Virus record (IMG/VR): IMGVR_UViG_3300045988_032262
Strand: one strand, 5' to 3'
DNA: 34,146 bases
From: a virus
The translations under genes and the position numbers were made by a program. The notes beneath the pieces are model-generated. The model did not search any database. It worked only from the letters and a program-made list of their open reading frames with translations, and was not told the DNA's origin. Numbering within the stretch: position 1 is the stretch's first letter; every line of letters begins with the position of its first letter. Positions 7,726 to 16,094 of this stretch are shown one piece after another.

Positions 7726-10445
7726 TGCAGATTTGGATTCATGACAAAAGCATGCGGAAAGTGTGTGCATTGAATAATGAAATTCCCGGAATGTTACCAT
7801 ACTCTAATAGTCAATGGCACCCTTACCTTGAATATTCAACAAGTACATTTGATTTTACAATTCCTAAAATCGTAAACGGTAAGTTACACGATGATATCAA
7901 ATATATCAATGACCAGATGCACGTGTCATTTTACTACGACAATTCCTACCACGTTTTCTATGTTTCTCAACTCGTTGAAAATGATTTTAGTTTTCAAGTG
8001 ACTTGTAATAATACAAACTTGGAACTAGCAGCAGAAATAGAGCGTCCTTTAGCTAGTGTTGACGGTGCTAAAACTCTTGAATGGTATCTTCAAAAACTTG
8101 AGTTACTTGGTTTTGCTGGTCTTGAAGTTGGTTTTAATGAGATTCCTGATAGAACAAGAACGCTTACTTTTGAATCTCAAAGTGGAACTAAACTAGAGCA
8201 ACTTCATAGCTTGATGAATCAATTTGATGCAGAATTTATTTTCCGTACCGAATTAAACCGAGACGGAACTATGAAACGTTTCATCATCGACATCTACCAA
8301 GAAGCAGATAAAAACCATCACGGTATAGGTAAAGCTAGAGGAGATGTCATTCTCTACTATCAAAGCGGATTGAAAGGCGTTCAAGTTACTAGTGATAAAA
8401 CGCAACTTTTCAACGCTGGTAATTTCATTGGACAAGATGGCGTTAACCTAAACGATGTCGAATTTGAGGAAAAGAACGAGCTAGGACAAGTAGAGTTCTA
8501 TTCTCGAAAGGGCACTAGCTTCGTTTTCGCCCCACTGTCAAGGGAACACTACCCATCTACCATGAATCCAGACAGCGCTGATAACTGGACACGTAGGGAT
8601 TTTCAGACAGAATACAAGGACGTTGAATCCTTAAAAGCTTACGCCTTGCGTACTATCAAGCAGTATGCTTATCCACTATTGACTTACACAGTAGATGTTC
8701 AGTCTAGCTTTCTGGATAACTATAAAGACATCAATCTAGGTGACACTGTTAAAATCATCGATAATAATTTTAGAGGTGGTTTAGCCCTCGAAGCGCGTGT
8801 ATCTGAAATGATTATCAGCTTTGACAATCCCACAAACAACTCGGTTGTTTTTACTAATTTCAGAAAATTGGATAATAAACCGTCTAGCGAATTACAACAA
8901 CGTATCGATGAGATTGTTTCTAAGTCATTGCCATATCAAGTTGAGATAAGGACAACGAACGGTACAGTATTTAAAAATGGAGTTGGCCATTCTACTGTTA
9001 AACCCATCTTGAAACAAGGTGATAAAATCGTTAATGCAACCTATCGATTTGTAATTGATGGCTCTATTGTTAGCTCTGGTCTGACCTATACCGTCAAAGC
9101 AAGCGATATCACAAAACCAACTGTAATTACAATTTCAGCGTGGGTAGATAACAAAGAAGTAGCTTCAGAAGAAGTTACTTTTGTAAATGTATCAGATGGT
9201 AAACAAGGACCTAAAGGTGCTGACGGGAAAACACCTTATGTTCACTTTGCTTATGCCGATAGTGCCGATGGTCAAAAGGGTTTCAGTTTAACCCAGACTG
9301 GTACCAAGAGGTATTTAGGTGTGTACACAGATTTCAATCAAGCGGACAGCACTAACCCAGCTGATTATACTTGGAGTGACACGGCTGGCAGCGTTTCGGT
9401 TGGTGGTGATAATTTAATCGTTAACTCAGCTTTTCCAAAAGACCTTGACGGATGGGGTTATTGGGACGAAAACGAGGCGAATAACAATATTCATATAGAT
9501 ACACATGATTTTTATTACAACAATACAAAAAAACTATTTAGACTAGATACTAATTCCGATATTGGAGACCCTGCATCAACAAATCGTTTTCCGGTTAAAC
9601 GAAACACAGACTACTCATTTAACATTATAACGTTTGCTACTGGAAATATTAAGGGTGTTACTATATATTTCCTTGGTCGTAAGGCGAATGAAACTGACAA
9701 GATGTATACCCAAGTTGTAAACATCAAATCATATACAAATTCACCGTCAACCACTCAAGCGGTTAAATGGCATCTAACATTTAACTCTGGAGATAGCGAC
9801 GAAGGGTACATTCGCATTGATAATAGTGGTACTACTGACGGTAAAACATCTAGTCTATTCTTCGCTGAATTAGACTGCTATGAGGGAACCACTGACCGAG
9901 CTTGGCAAGCGTCACCGGAAGACTTAAAGGACGAGATAGACACTAAAGCCGATGATGCATTAACGCAGGCTCAGCTTAATAAATTAAGTGAAATTAATTC
10001 GGTGATGAAAGCAGAGCTCGAAGCAAAAGCATCCCTTGCCACTGTTAATCAATGGATTAAGGCTTATCAAGATTTTGTTAATGCAAACAGCGCAGATCGT
10101 GCGCAGGCTCAAAAGGCTTTGGCAGATGCCAGTGCACGAGTAGTGAAACTAGAAAATAACTTAAACGATATGTCAGAGCGTTGGAATTTTATCGATAACT
10201 ACATGGCAGCATCAAATGATGGTTTGGTTATCGGGAAGAAAGATAACTCCAGCTCTATTATGTTCAATCCAAATGGGCGTATATCAATGTTTTCAGCTGG
10301 TAATGAGGTAATGTATATCTCTCAGGGTGTGATTCACATTGAGAACGGTATTTTTTCTAAGACTATTCAAATTGGACGATTCCGAGAAGAACAAGATTTT
10401 ATTAATCCGGATCGCAACGTCATCCGCTATGCAGGAGGTATTTAA
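7725..10445 (+). CDS. Tail-associated (Tal) / antireceptor-type host-specificity protein
   Basis: ATG at 7725 overlaps the Dit stop (TAATG) and has GGAAGGAG upstream. The N-terminus resembles Tal proteins. It has a collagen-like GKQGPKGADGKT motif followed by YVHFAYA, a jelly-roll/CBM-like segment and a coiled coil. Size and position match my recall of the DT1 orf18-type antireceptor. Confidence 0.7.
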   Translation: MQIWIHDKSMRKVCALNNEIPGMLPYSNSQWHPYLEYSTSTFDFTIPKIVNGKLHDDIKYINDQMHVSFYYDNSYHVFYVSQLVENDFSFQVTCNNTNLELAAEIERPLASVDGAKTLEWYLQKLELLGFAGLEVGFNEIPDRTRTLTFESQSGTKLEQLHSLMNQFDAEFIFRTELNRDGTMKRFIIDIYQEADKNHHGIGKARGDVILYYQSGLKGVQVTSDKTQLFNAGNFIGQDGVNLNDVEFEEKNELGQVEFYSRKGTSFVFAPLSREHYPSTMNPDSADNWTRRDFQTEYKDVESLKAYALRTIKQYAYPLLTYTVDVQSSFLDNYKDINLGDTVKIIDNNFRGGLALEARVSEMIISFDNPTNNSVVFTNFRKLDNKPSSELQQRIDEIVSKSLPYQVEIRTTNGTVFKNGVGHSTVKPILKQGDKIVNATYRFVIDGSIVSSGLTYTVKASDITKPTVITISAWVDNKEVASEEVTFVNVSDGKQGPKGADGKTPYVHFAYADSADGQKGFSLTQTGTKRYLGVYTDFNQADSTNPADYTWSDTAGSVSVGGDNLIVNSAFPKDLDGWGYWDENEANNNIHIDTHDFYYNNTKKLFRLDTNSDIGDPASTNRFPVKRNTDYSFNIITFATGNIKGVTIYFLGRKANETDKMYTQVVNIKSYTNSPSTTQAVKWHLTFNSGDSDEGYIRIDNSGTTDGKTSSLFFAELDCYEGTTDRAWQASPEDLKDEIDTKADDALTQAQLNKLSEINSVMKAELEAKASLATVNQWIKAYQDFVNANSADRAQAQKALADASARVVKLENNLNDMSERWNFIDNYMAASNDGLVIGKKDNSSSIMFNPNGRISMFSAGNEVMYISQGVIHIENGIFSKTIQIGRFREEQDFINPDRNVIRYAGGI

Positions 10446-10447
10446 TA

Positions 10448-12502
10448 ATGGTTGAATTTTGGTCAAACAATGACCGTGGGTATCGCATCAGGCTATGGAT
10501 TGACCAAGTTGGGCAGAATGTTCAAAATAATACGAGCGATGTTCGTATTCGTTTGGCATTGCTTAATCAGTGGTGGACGTTCGCAGGTTATCAATGTTAT
10601 GGCTATGTCGATGGGTTTGGTCAACGGCTTGAATATTCAGGAAGCCCCTCAATGCTTTCCAACAATTCAGAGATACAACTAATTGACCGCACAATTACCG
10701 TTCAACATGCCGATGACGGTACTGGTGTTTTCGTGGTACGTGCTCATTTCAACGGCTCGGGGGGATACAGTCCCGGAAACCTAGACATAGGAAGCCAAAC
10801 CATAACACTGACGACAATTCCAAGAGGGAGCACGGTAAGTGTCTCAGATGGGGTTATCGGAAAACAAGTAGACATTTCTATTGATAGAAAAATAGATGGC
10901 GCTACACATACACTACGCTATTCTTGGTACAACAAACAAGGTAAAATTGCCGACAATGTTGGAACGTCGTATAAATGGACAATCCCAGAAGATTTTGCGG
11001 ACGACATCCCAAACTCAACTAGTGGTTGGGGTACTATATACGTTGATACCTATATTAACGGTAAGTTCATTCAAACACAGTCGACCGTCCTAACGGCAAG
11101 TATTGACACGAACCTCCTAAAACCATATTTCAAAGGGTTTACTTTAGAAGATGCCAACACAGCTACTCAAAGGGTAATTCCAGAAAAAACGCATTTTGTT
11201 TCCATCATGTCGCTCGTAAAGGTGACATTTAACGGAGCGCAAGCTCAACACGGGGCTTCGATTACTGGGTACTATGCTGAAATCGTTGGTGCTAACAACT
11301 CTGTTACTGAGAATGGCGGGGTGTTTCGTGAGGTGTCTGTTAACAAAGACACTGAAATGACCTTAAGAGGAAGGGTCAAAGACAGTCGTGGGGTTTGGTC
11401 TGATTGGGTAGAGACAAAGATAACTTTTCTATTCTATTTCAGCCCAATTCTAAGCTTTGAAGTGAGTAGAAGTGGGTTTAAGTCGGACACACTAACGATT
11501 AAGAGATACGCTAAAATAGCCCCGCTAGTTGTCAATGGCTCTCAAAGGAATATCATGAAACTTACTTTTTCAACTGCGAAAGTTGGCTGGGATAACTTTG
11601 TTATCGACAACGGGCAGGCAGGCGGTGAGTGGTCAAGCATTTCTGAACTTAATGCATCCGATGCGAATTTAGGAAATTCATACCCTGCTGACACTTCTTA
11701 TATTGTCAAAGGAAAACTAGAAGACAGATTTACAAGCACAGAGTTTCAGGGACTAGCCCCGAACGACAAGGTTGTCCTAACTTATGACCAATCAGGGATT
11801 GGAGTTGGTAAATTTAGGGAATGGGGAGCGCTTGACGTCAACGGTGACATTTATGCTAATAACAGCCCCATCCAGCAGTACCAGCTAACTAGTAATAATG
11901 GAGCTGCGAAATGGGCAAACAATGCAAACAAACTTGACGAACCTGGCCAATACTATCTTGATCCATCAGCTCCCGGAAACCCTGTTGGAAATTGGGGGTA
12001 CTTATTCCATCACAGCTCCAATGGGAAAGGTAGCATGTATAAAGAAGCTATTCAGACTTTCTGGAGCAATAGGGGGCAGCTATTTTTCAGGCATCACAGG
12101 TGGTCGAAAATAATCGACGACTGGGAGCCGTGGATTGATTACACGCCTAAAAAACCATCTGTTGTTAAAAGAGAAATACAAATAGGTTGGGGTGTAAGAG
12201 CGAACTTAATTCGTGAATCAAATGTAGTAACTTTGAGTTTAGAACGAGGTATCTATTATCTTCCACCATGTGAAAACCTTATCTTGGATGAAAAAATGCC
12301 TAATGGATTTAAGCCTTGTGTTCAAACGCATATGGTTGCTAATAAAAATGCAGCGAACGTGCATTATGGTAGTGCAGTATGGCATCTTGAAACAAATGGA
12401 GATATGCGGTTTTCAAACCCAAATACAGACACAGTTGATGGTTATGCAGTATACACAGGTACTGTAACATACATCACTGAAGATGAATACCCAAGCAATT
12501 AA
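10448..12502 (+). CDS. Baseplate / receptor-binding-complex structural protein (684 aa)
   Basis: ATG lies 9 nt after AGGAGG. It sits downstream of Tal and resembles the conserved roughly 670-aa structural ORF of Sfi21-type phages (from recall). Confidence 0.6.
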   Translation: MVEFWSNNDRGYRIRLWIDQVGQNVQNNTSDVRIRLALLNQWWTFAGYQCYGYVDGFGQRLEYSGSPSMLSNNSEIQLIDRTITVQHADDGTGVFVVRAHFNGSGGYSPGNLDIGSQTITLTTIPRGSTVSVSDGVIGKQVDISIDRKIDGATHTLRYSWYNKQGKIADNVGTSYKWTIPEDFADDIPNSTSGWGTIYVDTYINGKFIQTQSTVLTASIDTNLLKPYFKGFTLEDANTATQRVIPEKTHFVSIMSLVKVTFNGAQAQHGASITGYYAEIVGANNSVTENGGVFREVSVNKDTEMTLRGRVKDSRGVWSDWVETKITFLFYFSPILSFEVSRSGFKSDTLTIKRYAKIAPLVVNGSQRNIMKLTFSTAKVGWDNFVIDNGQAGGEWSSISELNASDANLGNSYPADTSYIVKGKLEDRFTSTEFQGLAPNDKVVLTYDQSGIGVGKFREWGALDVNGDIYANNSPIQQYQLTSNNGAAKWANNANKLDEPGQYYLDPSAPGNPVGNWGYLFHHSSNGKGSMYKEAIQTFWSNRGQLFFRHHRWSKIIDDWEPWIDYTPKKPSVVKREIQIGWGVRANLIRESNVVTLSLERGIYYLPPCENLILDEKMPNGFKPCVQTHMVANKNAANVHYGSAVWHLETNGDMRFSNPNTDTVDGYAVYTGTVTYITEDEYPSN

Positions 12503-12522
12503 ACATGAAGAAAGGAAAATTC

Positions 12523-12933
12523 ATGAAATTTGAATACGAATCAAAATCAAAAGAATACGATGCAAGCGGCGCAGCGTATTCCACAAAAGTAGTTTTGAAA
12601 AACCGAGATGGTGCTTACGTCCCTGTCTTTTTGCCAGTCGATAAAATCGACTTATCAAACACTGAACTACTGAATGAAGCACTAGAGGTTATCTATCAAG
12701 AAAACTTCCCGCAACGTGCGGAAAATGAAAAATTTAATGAACTTGGCGAGAAAATCAAAGAGTACGAAGCATTAAACAAAAAAGCTACTGATACCATTGC
12801 TAAGATGGAAGAACAAATAAAGAAGCAGCAAGATGCATCAAACACCGCACAAGAAACATTGATGAGTATTATTGAAAAACTTAATGAGAAAAAATTGTTG
12901 AGTGATGAAGACTTGACTGATAATAAAGAATAA
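12523..12933 (+). CDS. Hypothetical coiled-coil protein conserved between the tail-fibre and lysis genes
   Basis: ATG at 12523 lies 6 nt after AAAGGA (12511..12516), which I prefer to the 12505 start. The C-terminal half is E/K-rich. Confidence 0.6.
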   Translation: MKFEYESKSKEYDASGAAYSTKVVLKNRDGAYVPVFLPVDKIDLSNTELLNEALEVIYQENFPQRAENEKFNELGEKIKEYEALNKKATDTIAKMEEQIKKQQDASNTAQETLMSIIEKLNEKKLLSDEDLTDNKE

Positions 12934-12952
12934 AGAGAAAGGATAAAAAGAT

Positions 12953-13099
12953 ATGTTTGCTAAACTATTCGCAATTAATATCGTTAATAATAACTACAAA
13001 TTTAAACGAGTTCCAAAAGTATTAAAACCAAAAGTAAAAGAACTAATCGCAGCTATGGTTGAGGACGAGGAGCTATTGGCAAAGCTTACACAAGAATAA
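12953..13099 (+). CDS. Small hypothetical protein (48 aa), absent from the ORF track
   Basis: GAAAGGA lies upstream of the ATG at 12953. Translation: MFAKLFAINIVNNNYKFKRVPKVLKPKVKELIAAMVEDEELLAKLTQE*. It fills the gap before the holin genes; small ORFs often occupy this position in Gram-positive phages. Confidence 0.5.
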   Translation: MFAKLFAINIVNNNYKFKRVPKVLKPKVKELIAAMVEDEELLAKLTQE

Positions 13100-13113
13100 C
13101 TAGGAGGTACAAT

Positions 13114-13437
13114 ATGGTAAATCAAACAGAGCCAGATTTGATGAACTGGCTTATTACCGTTATTCTTCCTATTTCTATTTCAAGTGCGAGTTTTTATTTT
13201 TCAAGCCAGACACGTGCCTCTAGATTAGAACATCGAATCACTAAATTAGAGGTCGTTGACCATGAAATCGAGAAAATTATTAAAAACCATAATGATCGTC
13301 TTGACAAATATCAAGAAGAACAAAAAATAATTCTAGCTCTTGTCCAAAGGATGGACCATCTTAATGAGAACGTTGTTGAGCTAAAAGGAAATATTGAAGA
13401 AGTTAAAAAATTAGTAGATCGAAACTTGAGAGGATAA
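13114..13437 (+). CDS. Membrane protein, putative holin or lysis accessory protein (107 aa)
   Basis: AGGAGG RBS. There is a single N-terminal TM segment (LMNWLITVILPISISSASFYF) followed by a coiled coil. It lies directly upstream of the holin and lysin genes. Confidence 0.5.
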   Translation: MVNQTEPDLMNWLITVILPISISSASFYFSSQTRASRLEHRITKLEVVDHEIEKIIKNHNDRLDKYQEEQKIILALVQRMDHLNENVVELKGNIEEVKKLVDRNLRG

Positions 13438-13444
13438 TAATAAA

Positions 13445-13687
13445 ATGATTAATTTTAAATTACGACTAAAAAATAAAACTACACTAGTAGCTCTTATCTC
13501 AGCAGTATTCCTTATGTTGCAACAGTTCGGGCTTCACATTCCGACCAACATTCAAGAGGGATTAAATACTTTTGTGGGAATTTTGGTTATTCTTGGAATC
13601 GTGACAGACCCTACCACTAAAGGAATTGCTGACAGTGAACGAGCATTGAACTATGATGTACCACTAAACGATAAAAAGGAGAAATAA
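13445..13687 (+). CDS. Holin (80 aa)
   Basis: Two hydrophobic segments (TLVALISAVFLMLQQFG and TFVGILVILGIV) and a charged C-terminus. It ends 1 nt before the endolysin start. Confidence 0.75.
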   Translation: MINFKLRLKNKTTLVALISAVFLMLQQFGLHIPTNIQEGLNTFVGILVILGIVTDPTTKGIADSERALNYDVPLNDKKEK

Positions 13688-13688
13688 A

Positions 13689-14534
13689 ATGAGCGTACCA
13701 CAATCTATTGTAAATTGGTTTGTTAACCATCGAGGCAAATTGACCTATTCAATGTATGGGTCACGCAACGGAGCAGACGGTACAGCTGACTGCTCTGGTT
13801 CGATTTCGCAAGCCTTAAAAGAAGCTGGTATTGGTATTCAAGGACTACCATCAACAGTAACCCTTGGTCAACAACTTGCCAAAAATGGATTCTATCGAGT
13901 AAGTATTAATCAAGATTGGGATGCTTTGACAGGTGATATTGTGTTAATGTCATGGGGTGCTGATATGTCCACATCTGGCGGAGCTGGAGGGCACGTTGGT
14001 GTCATGATGGATAGTGTAAACTTCATTAGTTGTGATTATTCAACTCAAGGAGCACCAGGAAAAGCCATCAATACTTACCCGTGGAATGACTACTATGCAG
14101 CGAACAAGCCTTCCTATATCGAGGTTTGGCGTTATTCTGATTCAGCACCACAGACGAATAACCAAGCAAATACAGCAGTAGCACCACAACAAAAGGCTTA
14201 CTATGAAGCTAATGAAGTCAAATATGTTAACGGTATTTTCCAAATTAAATGTGATTATTTATGTCCAATCGGGTTTAATTATTTTCAAAACGGAATCCCT
14301 GTGGCAATGGTTAACTGGGTTGATAAAGATGGTAATGACTTGCCTGACGGTGCTGACCAAGAATTCAAGGCAGGCATGTTCTTTAGTTTTGCCGGTGATG
14401 AAAACAACATTACAGACACAGGAGAAGGCGGCTATTATGGTGGCTATTACTACCGACGTTTCGAGTTTGGTCAGTTTGGTACGGTTTGGCTTTCTTGTTG
14501 GAATAAAGATGATTTGGTAAACTATTACCAATAG
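13689..14534 (+). CDS. Endolysin: N-terminal Amidase_5/CHAP-like domain plus a C-terminal cell-wall-binding domain
   Basis: The N-terminus, KLTYSMYGSRNGADGTADCSGSISQALKEAG...GHVGV, is typical of streptococcal phage lysins. The C-terminus is Y/G/W-rich. The reading frame is uninterrupted. Confidence 0.9.
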   Translation: MSVPQSIVNWFVNHRGKLTYSMYGSRNGADGTADCSGSISQALKEAGIGIQGLPSTVTLGQQLAKNGFYRVSINQDWDALTGDIVLMSWGADMSTSGGAGGHVGVMMDSVNFISCDYSTQGAPGKAINTYPWNDYYAANKPSYIEVWRYSDSAPQTNNQANTAVAPQQKAYYEANEVKYVNGIFQIKCDYLCPIGFNYFQNGIPVAMVNWVDKDGNDLPDGADQEFKAGMFFSFAGDENNITDTGEGGYYGGYYYRRFEFGQFGTVWLSCWNKDDLVNYYQ

Positions 14535-14615
14535 ACCACGCAAACTAAAAAATAAAAAAGGAGTATATCACCTCACCTCACACTGCAGTAGGGATACCAT
14601 GGCAGTAGTGGTCGA

Positions 14616-14647
14616 AGCCTCAGCATTATGCTGGGGCTTTTTTGTTT
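14616..14647 (+). terminator. Rho-independent terminator after the lysin gene
   Basis: Stem agcctcagc (14616..14624) pairs with gctggggct (14630..14638) with one G-U pair. Loop is attat, followed by a T-run. Confidence 0.75.
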
Positions 14648-14720
14648 GCTTTTTTTAAAATAAATGCTACTATATTAATGAATACAGTTAAAAGCTGAGT
14701 CTTCGATAAACTCTCTCTCA

Positions 14721-14752
14721 CCCTGACTTGAATTAGTCAGGGTTTTTGTTTT
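14721..14752 (+). terminator. Second rho-independent terminator
   Basis: Stem ccctgact (14721..14728) pairs with agtcaggg (14735..14742). Loop is tgaatt, followed by tttttgtttt. Confidence 0.65.
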
Positions 14753-14931
14753 GCAAAAAAAATATATATTTTTTTATAAAAACAGTTTCCGTCTGGTCAC
14801 CAAAATAGACTAGAATGGATTGAGAGCAACTTGGAAAACATTCGATAAAAAATAAAAAAACGAGGTAAAAACAATGGATACATACAAAGAACAATATATA
14901 GTATGTTTTACTAATTTTCAAGATGTTTAAT

Positions 14932-14975
14932 AAAAAAATCAAGAAAACTTGAAAAAAAATCAAGAAAACTGTTGA
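14932..14975 (+). promoter_or_regulatory. Two 18-bp direct repeats (AAAAAAATCAAGAAAACT) containing the palindrome TCAAGAAAACTTGA; putative operators
   Basis: The repeats are at 14932..14949 and 14953..14970, a 21-bp period. The palindrome is at 14939..14952. A second, partial copy, TCAAGAAAACTGTTGA (14960..14975), overlaps the -35 box. Confidence 0.5.
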
Positions 14976-15000
14976 CATTGAATTTTGTTTAAGCTATAAT
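14972..15000 (+). promoter_or_regulatory. Consensus sigma-A early promoter
   Basis: TTGACA (14972..14977), a 17-nt spacer, then TATAAT (14995..15000). It lies 34 nt upstream of the cro-like gene, which has an AGGAAGGAGG RBS. Confidence 0.75.
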
Positions 15001-15033
15001 ATGTTTGTAAGTTAGTTAGGAAGGAGGAACAAA

Positions 15034-15237
15034 ATGACAGAAGTAGTTCCAAAAATTACAATCAAAGAACTCCGAGCACGTCACGATTTGACACAAGAGG
15101 AGTTTGCTAAAAGCGTTGGTACTACACCTCAAACGGTGAGTGCATGGGAGAAGAATGTACTTTCTATTTCTCCTAAGAATATGGCAAATATTTGTAATAA
15201 ATACCACCTTCAAGCGTCTGATTTGTATGGCTTTTGA
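15034..15237 (+). CDS. Cro-like XRE-family HTH regulator (67 aa)
   Basis: HTH_3 signature: ELRARHDLTQEEFAKSVGTTPQTVSAWEKN. It is the first gene after the consensus promoter. Confidence 0.8.
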   Translation: MTEVVPKITIKELRARHDLTQEEFAKSVGTTPQTVSAWEKNVLSISPKNMANICNKYHLQASDLYGF

Positions 15238-15243
15238 TTTTAA

Positions 15244-15264
15244 AACTTGAATTTAATTCAAGTT
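15244..15264. promoter_or_regulatory. Perfect 9-bp-arm palindrome AACTTGAAT-tta-ATTCAAGTT
   Basis: Arms at 15244..15252 and 15256..15264. It contains the same CTTGA/TCAAG half-sites as the promoter-proximal palindrome. It lies between the cro-like stop codon and the next RBS, and no T-run follows it. Confidence 0.5.
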
Positions 15265-15277
15265 AGAAAGGAACAAG

Positions 15278-15646
15278 ATGAACGAAATAGCAACAAATGA
15301 TTTCGACTACTCTTTGCTCGATGCAAAGACGAAAGAATTCTTAGAAGAACGTGCCAATATCATTTATGGTATTCAAAGCAAGAGTGCTTATGAAATCGGA
15401 AAACAACTTGCTAAAGCTCAAAAAGAGCTTTCGACTAGAGGGTACGGATGTTTCGAAGAGTGGTATAGGAGTTTGGGATTTAAAACAACAAAAGCATACG
15501 AATATATCAATCACTTCAAATTCGTTTCTTCGCAAAACGAAGAAACAAAAATAAATTTTTTCGAAAGTTTGCCTAAAACGTTACAAGCTCAAGTATCTAA
15601 ACCATCTGCCAATCCAGAGGTTAATCAAGCAGTATTTAGCAGTTAA
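15278..15646 (+). CDS. Hypothetical early protein, DUF3102-like (122 aa)
   Basis: GAAAGGA RBS. The segment AYEIGKQLAKAQKEL...GFEEWYRSLGF..TKAYEYIN resembles the DUF3102 family from recall. An open frame continues downstream in the +1 frame (see findings). Confidence 0.55.
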   Translation: MNEIATNDFDYSLLDAKTKEFLEERANIIYGIQSKSAYEIGKQLAKAQKELSTRGYGCFEEWYRSLGFKTTKAYEYINHFKFVSSQNEETKINFFESLPKTLQAQVSKPSANPEVNQAVFSS

Positions 15647-15789
15647 GTTCTTGGAAAGTCTATCTTATGACGATTTCACACCGTTTGAAATCCGTGAGAC
15701 ACCAAAACAAAAAGAGATTATAGCTCTTGAAAAAATGAGTGACTGAAAGCATTATAACGGTTTATTTTCAATAAAAGATAAAAAACTTT

Positions 15790-15838
15790 AAAAAAATCGA
15801 GAAAAAATATTGACAAATAAAAATATATAGTTTAAAAT
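15790..15838 (+). promoter_or_regulatory. Second early promoter, with an upstream AAAAAAATCGAGAAAA motif
   Basis: TTGACA (15810..15815), a 17-nt spacer, then TAAAAT (15833..15838). The A-tract/ATCGAG motif (15790..15807) resembles the repeats upstream of the 14972 promoter. Confidence 0.6.
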
Positions 15839-15868
15839 AAAAACATAAAGTTAAGAAAGGAGAACTTA

Positions 15869-16078
15869 ATGAATTATGACTATTCTAAATTGAAAGGACG
15901 TATCATAGAAAAATACGATTCTCAAAGAAGTTTTGCTGAAGCTATTGGCAAAACGCAAACCACAACGTCTTTCAAAATAAATGGGAAAGCGTCGTGGAAT
16001 CAAGATGAAATTGTAAAAGCCATTGAAGTATTAGGTCTCTCAAAAGATGATATTGTAGAATACTTCTTTAACTATTAA
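15869..16078 (+). CDS. Small HTH DNA-binding protein (69 aa)
   Basis: AAGGAG RBS. The segment SQRSFAEAIGKTQTTTSFKINGK resembles an HTH core. Confidence 0.7.
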   Translation: MNYDYSKLKGRIIEKYDSQRSFAEAIGKTQTTTSFKINGKASWNQDEIVKAIEVLGLSKDDIVEYFFNY

Positions 16079-16094
16079 TAGAAAGGTATTTAAA

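Noticed and set aside
10452-12467. Nested plus-strand ORFs (65-76 aa) in alternative frames of the 684-aa baseplate gene. Similar ones occur at 14203..14520, 15351..15554, 16480..16683, 21688..21924, 28857..29114, 30554..30760 and 31922..32194.
   Set aside because: They are out-of-frame ORFs within well-supported genes. None has an RBS and their composition is unremarkable, so I treat them as chance ORFs.
13689-14534. A group I intron in the lysin gene, which is known in some S. thermophilus phages
   Set aside because: The lysin ORF is continuous from the Amidase_5-like N-terminus to the wall-binding C-terminus. It has no internal stop codon and no inserted structured segment.
14733-14978. 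Minus-strand 81-aa ORF in the lysin-to-cro intergenic region
   Set aside because: It is a low-complexity translation (poly-F/L/I) of A/T homopolymer-rich DNA. It has no RBS and runs antisense through the early promoter repeats. It is most likely spurious.
14535-15033. A lysogeny module (integrase, CI repressor, attP) expected after the lysin gene in temperate relatives
   Set aside because: There is no ORF of meaningful size on either strand. Only terminators, A/T-rich DNA and the early promoter are present. I conclude the phage is obligately lytic.
15016-15213. Minus-strand 65-aa ORF overlapping the cro-like gene
   Set aside because: It is fully antisense to a well-supported HTH gene that has a consensus promoter and RBS. 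It has no signals of its own.
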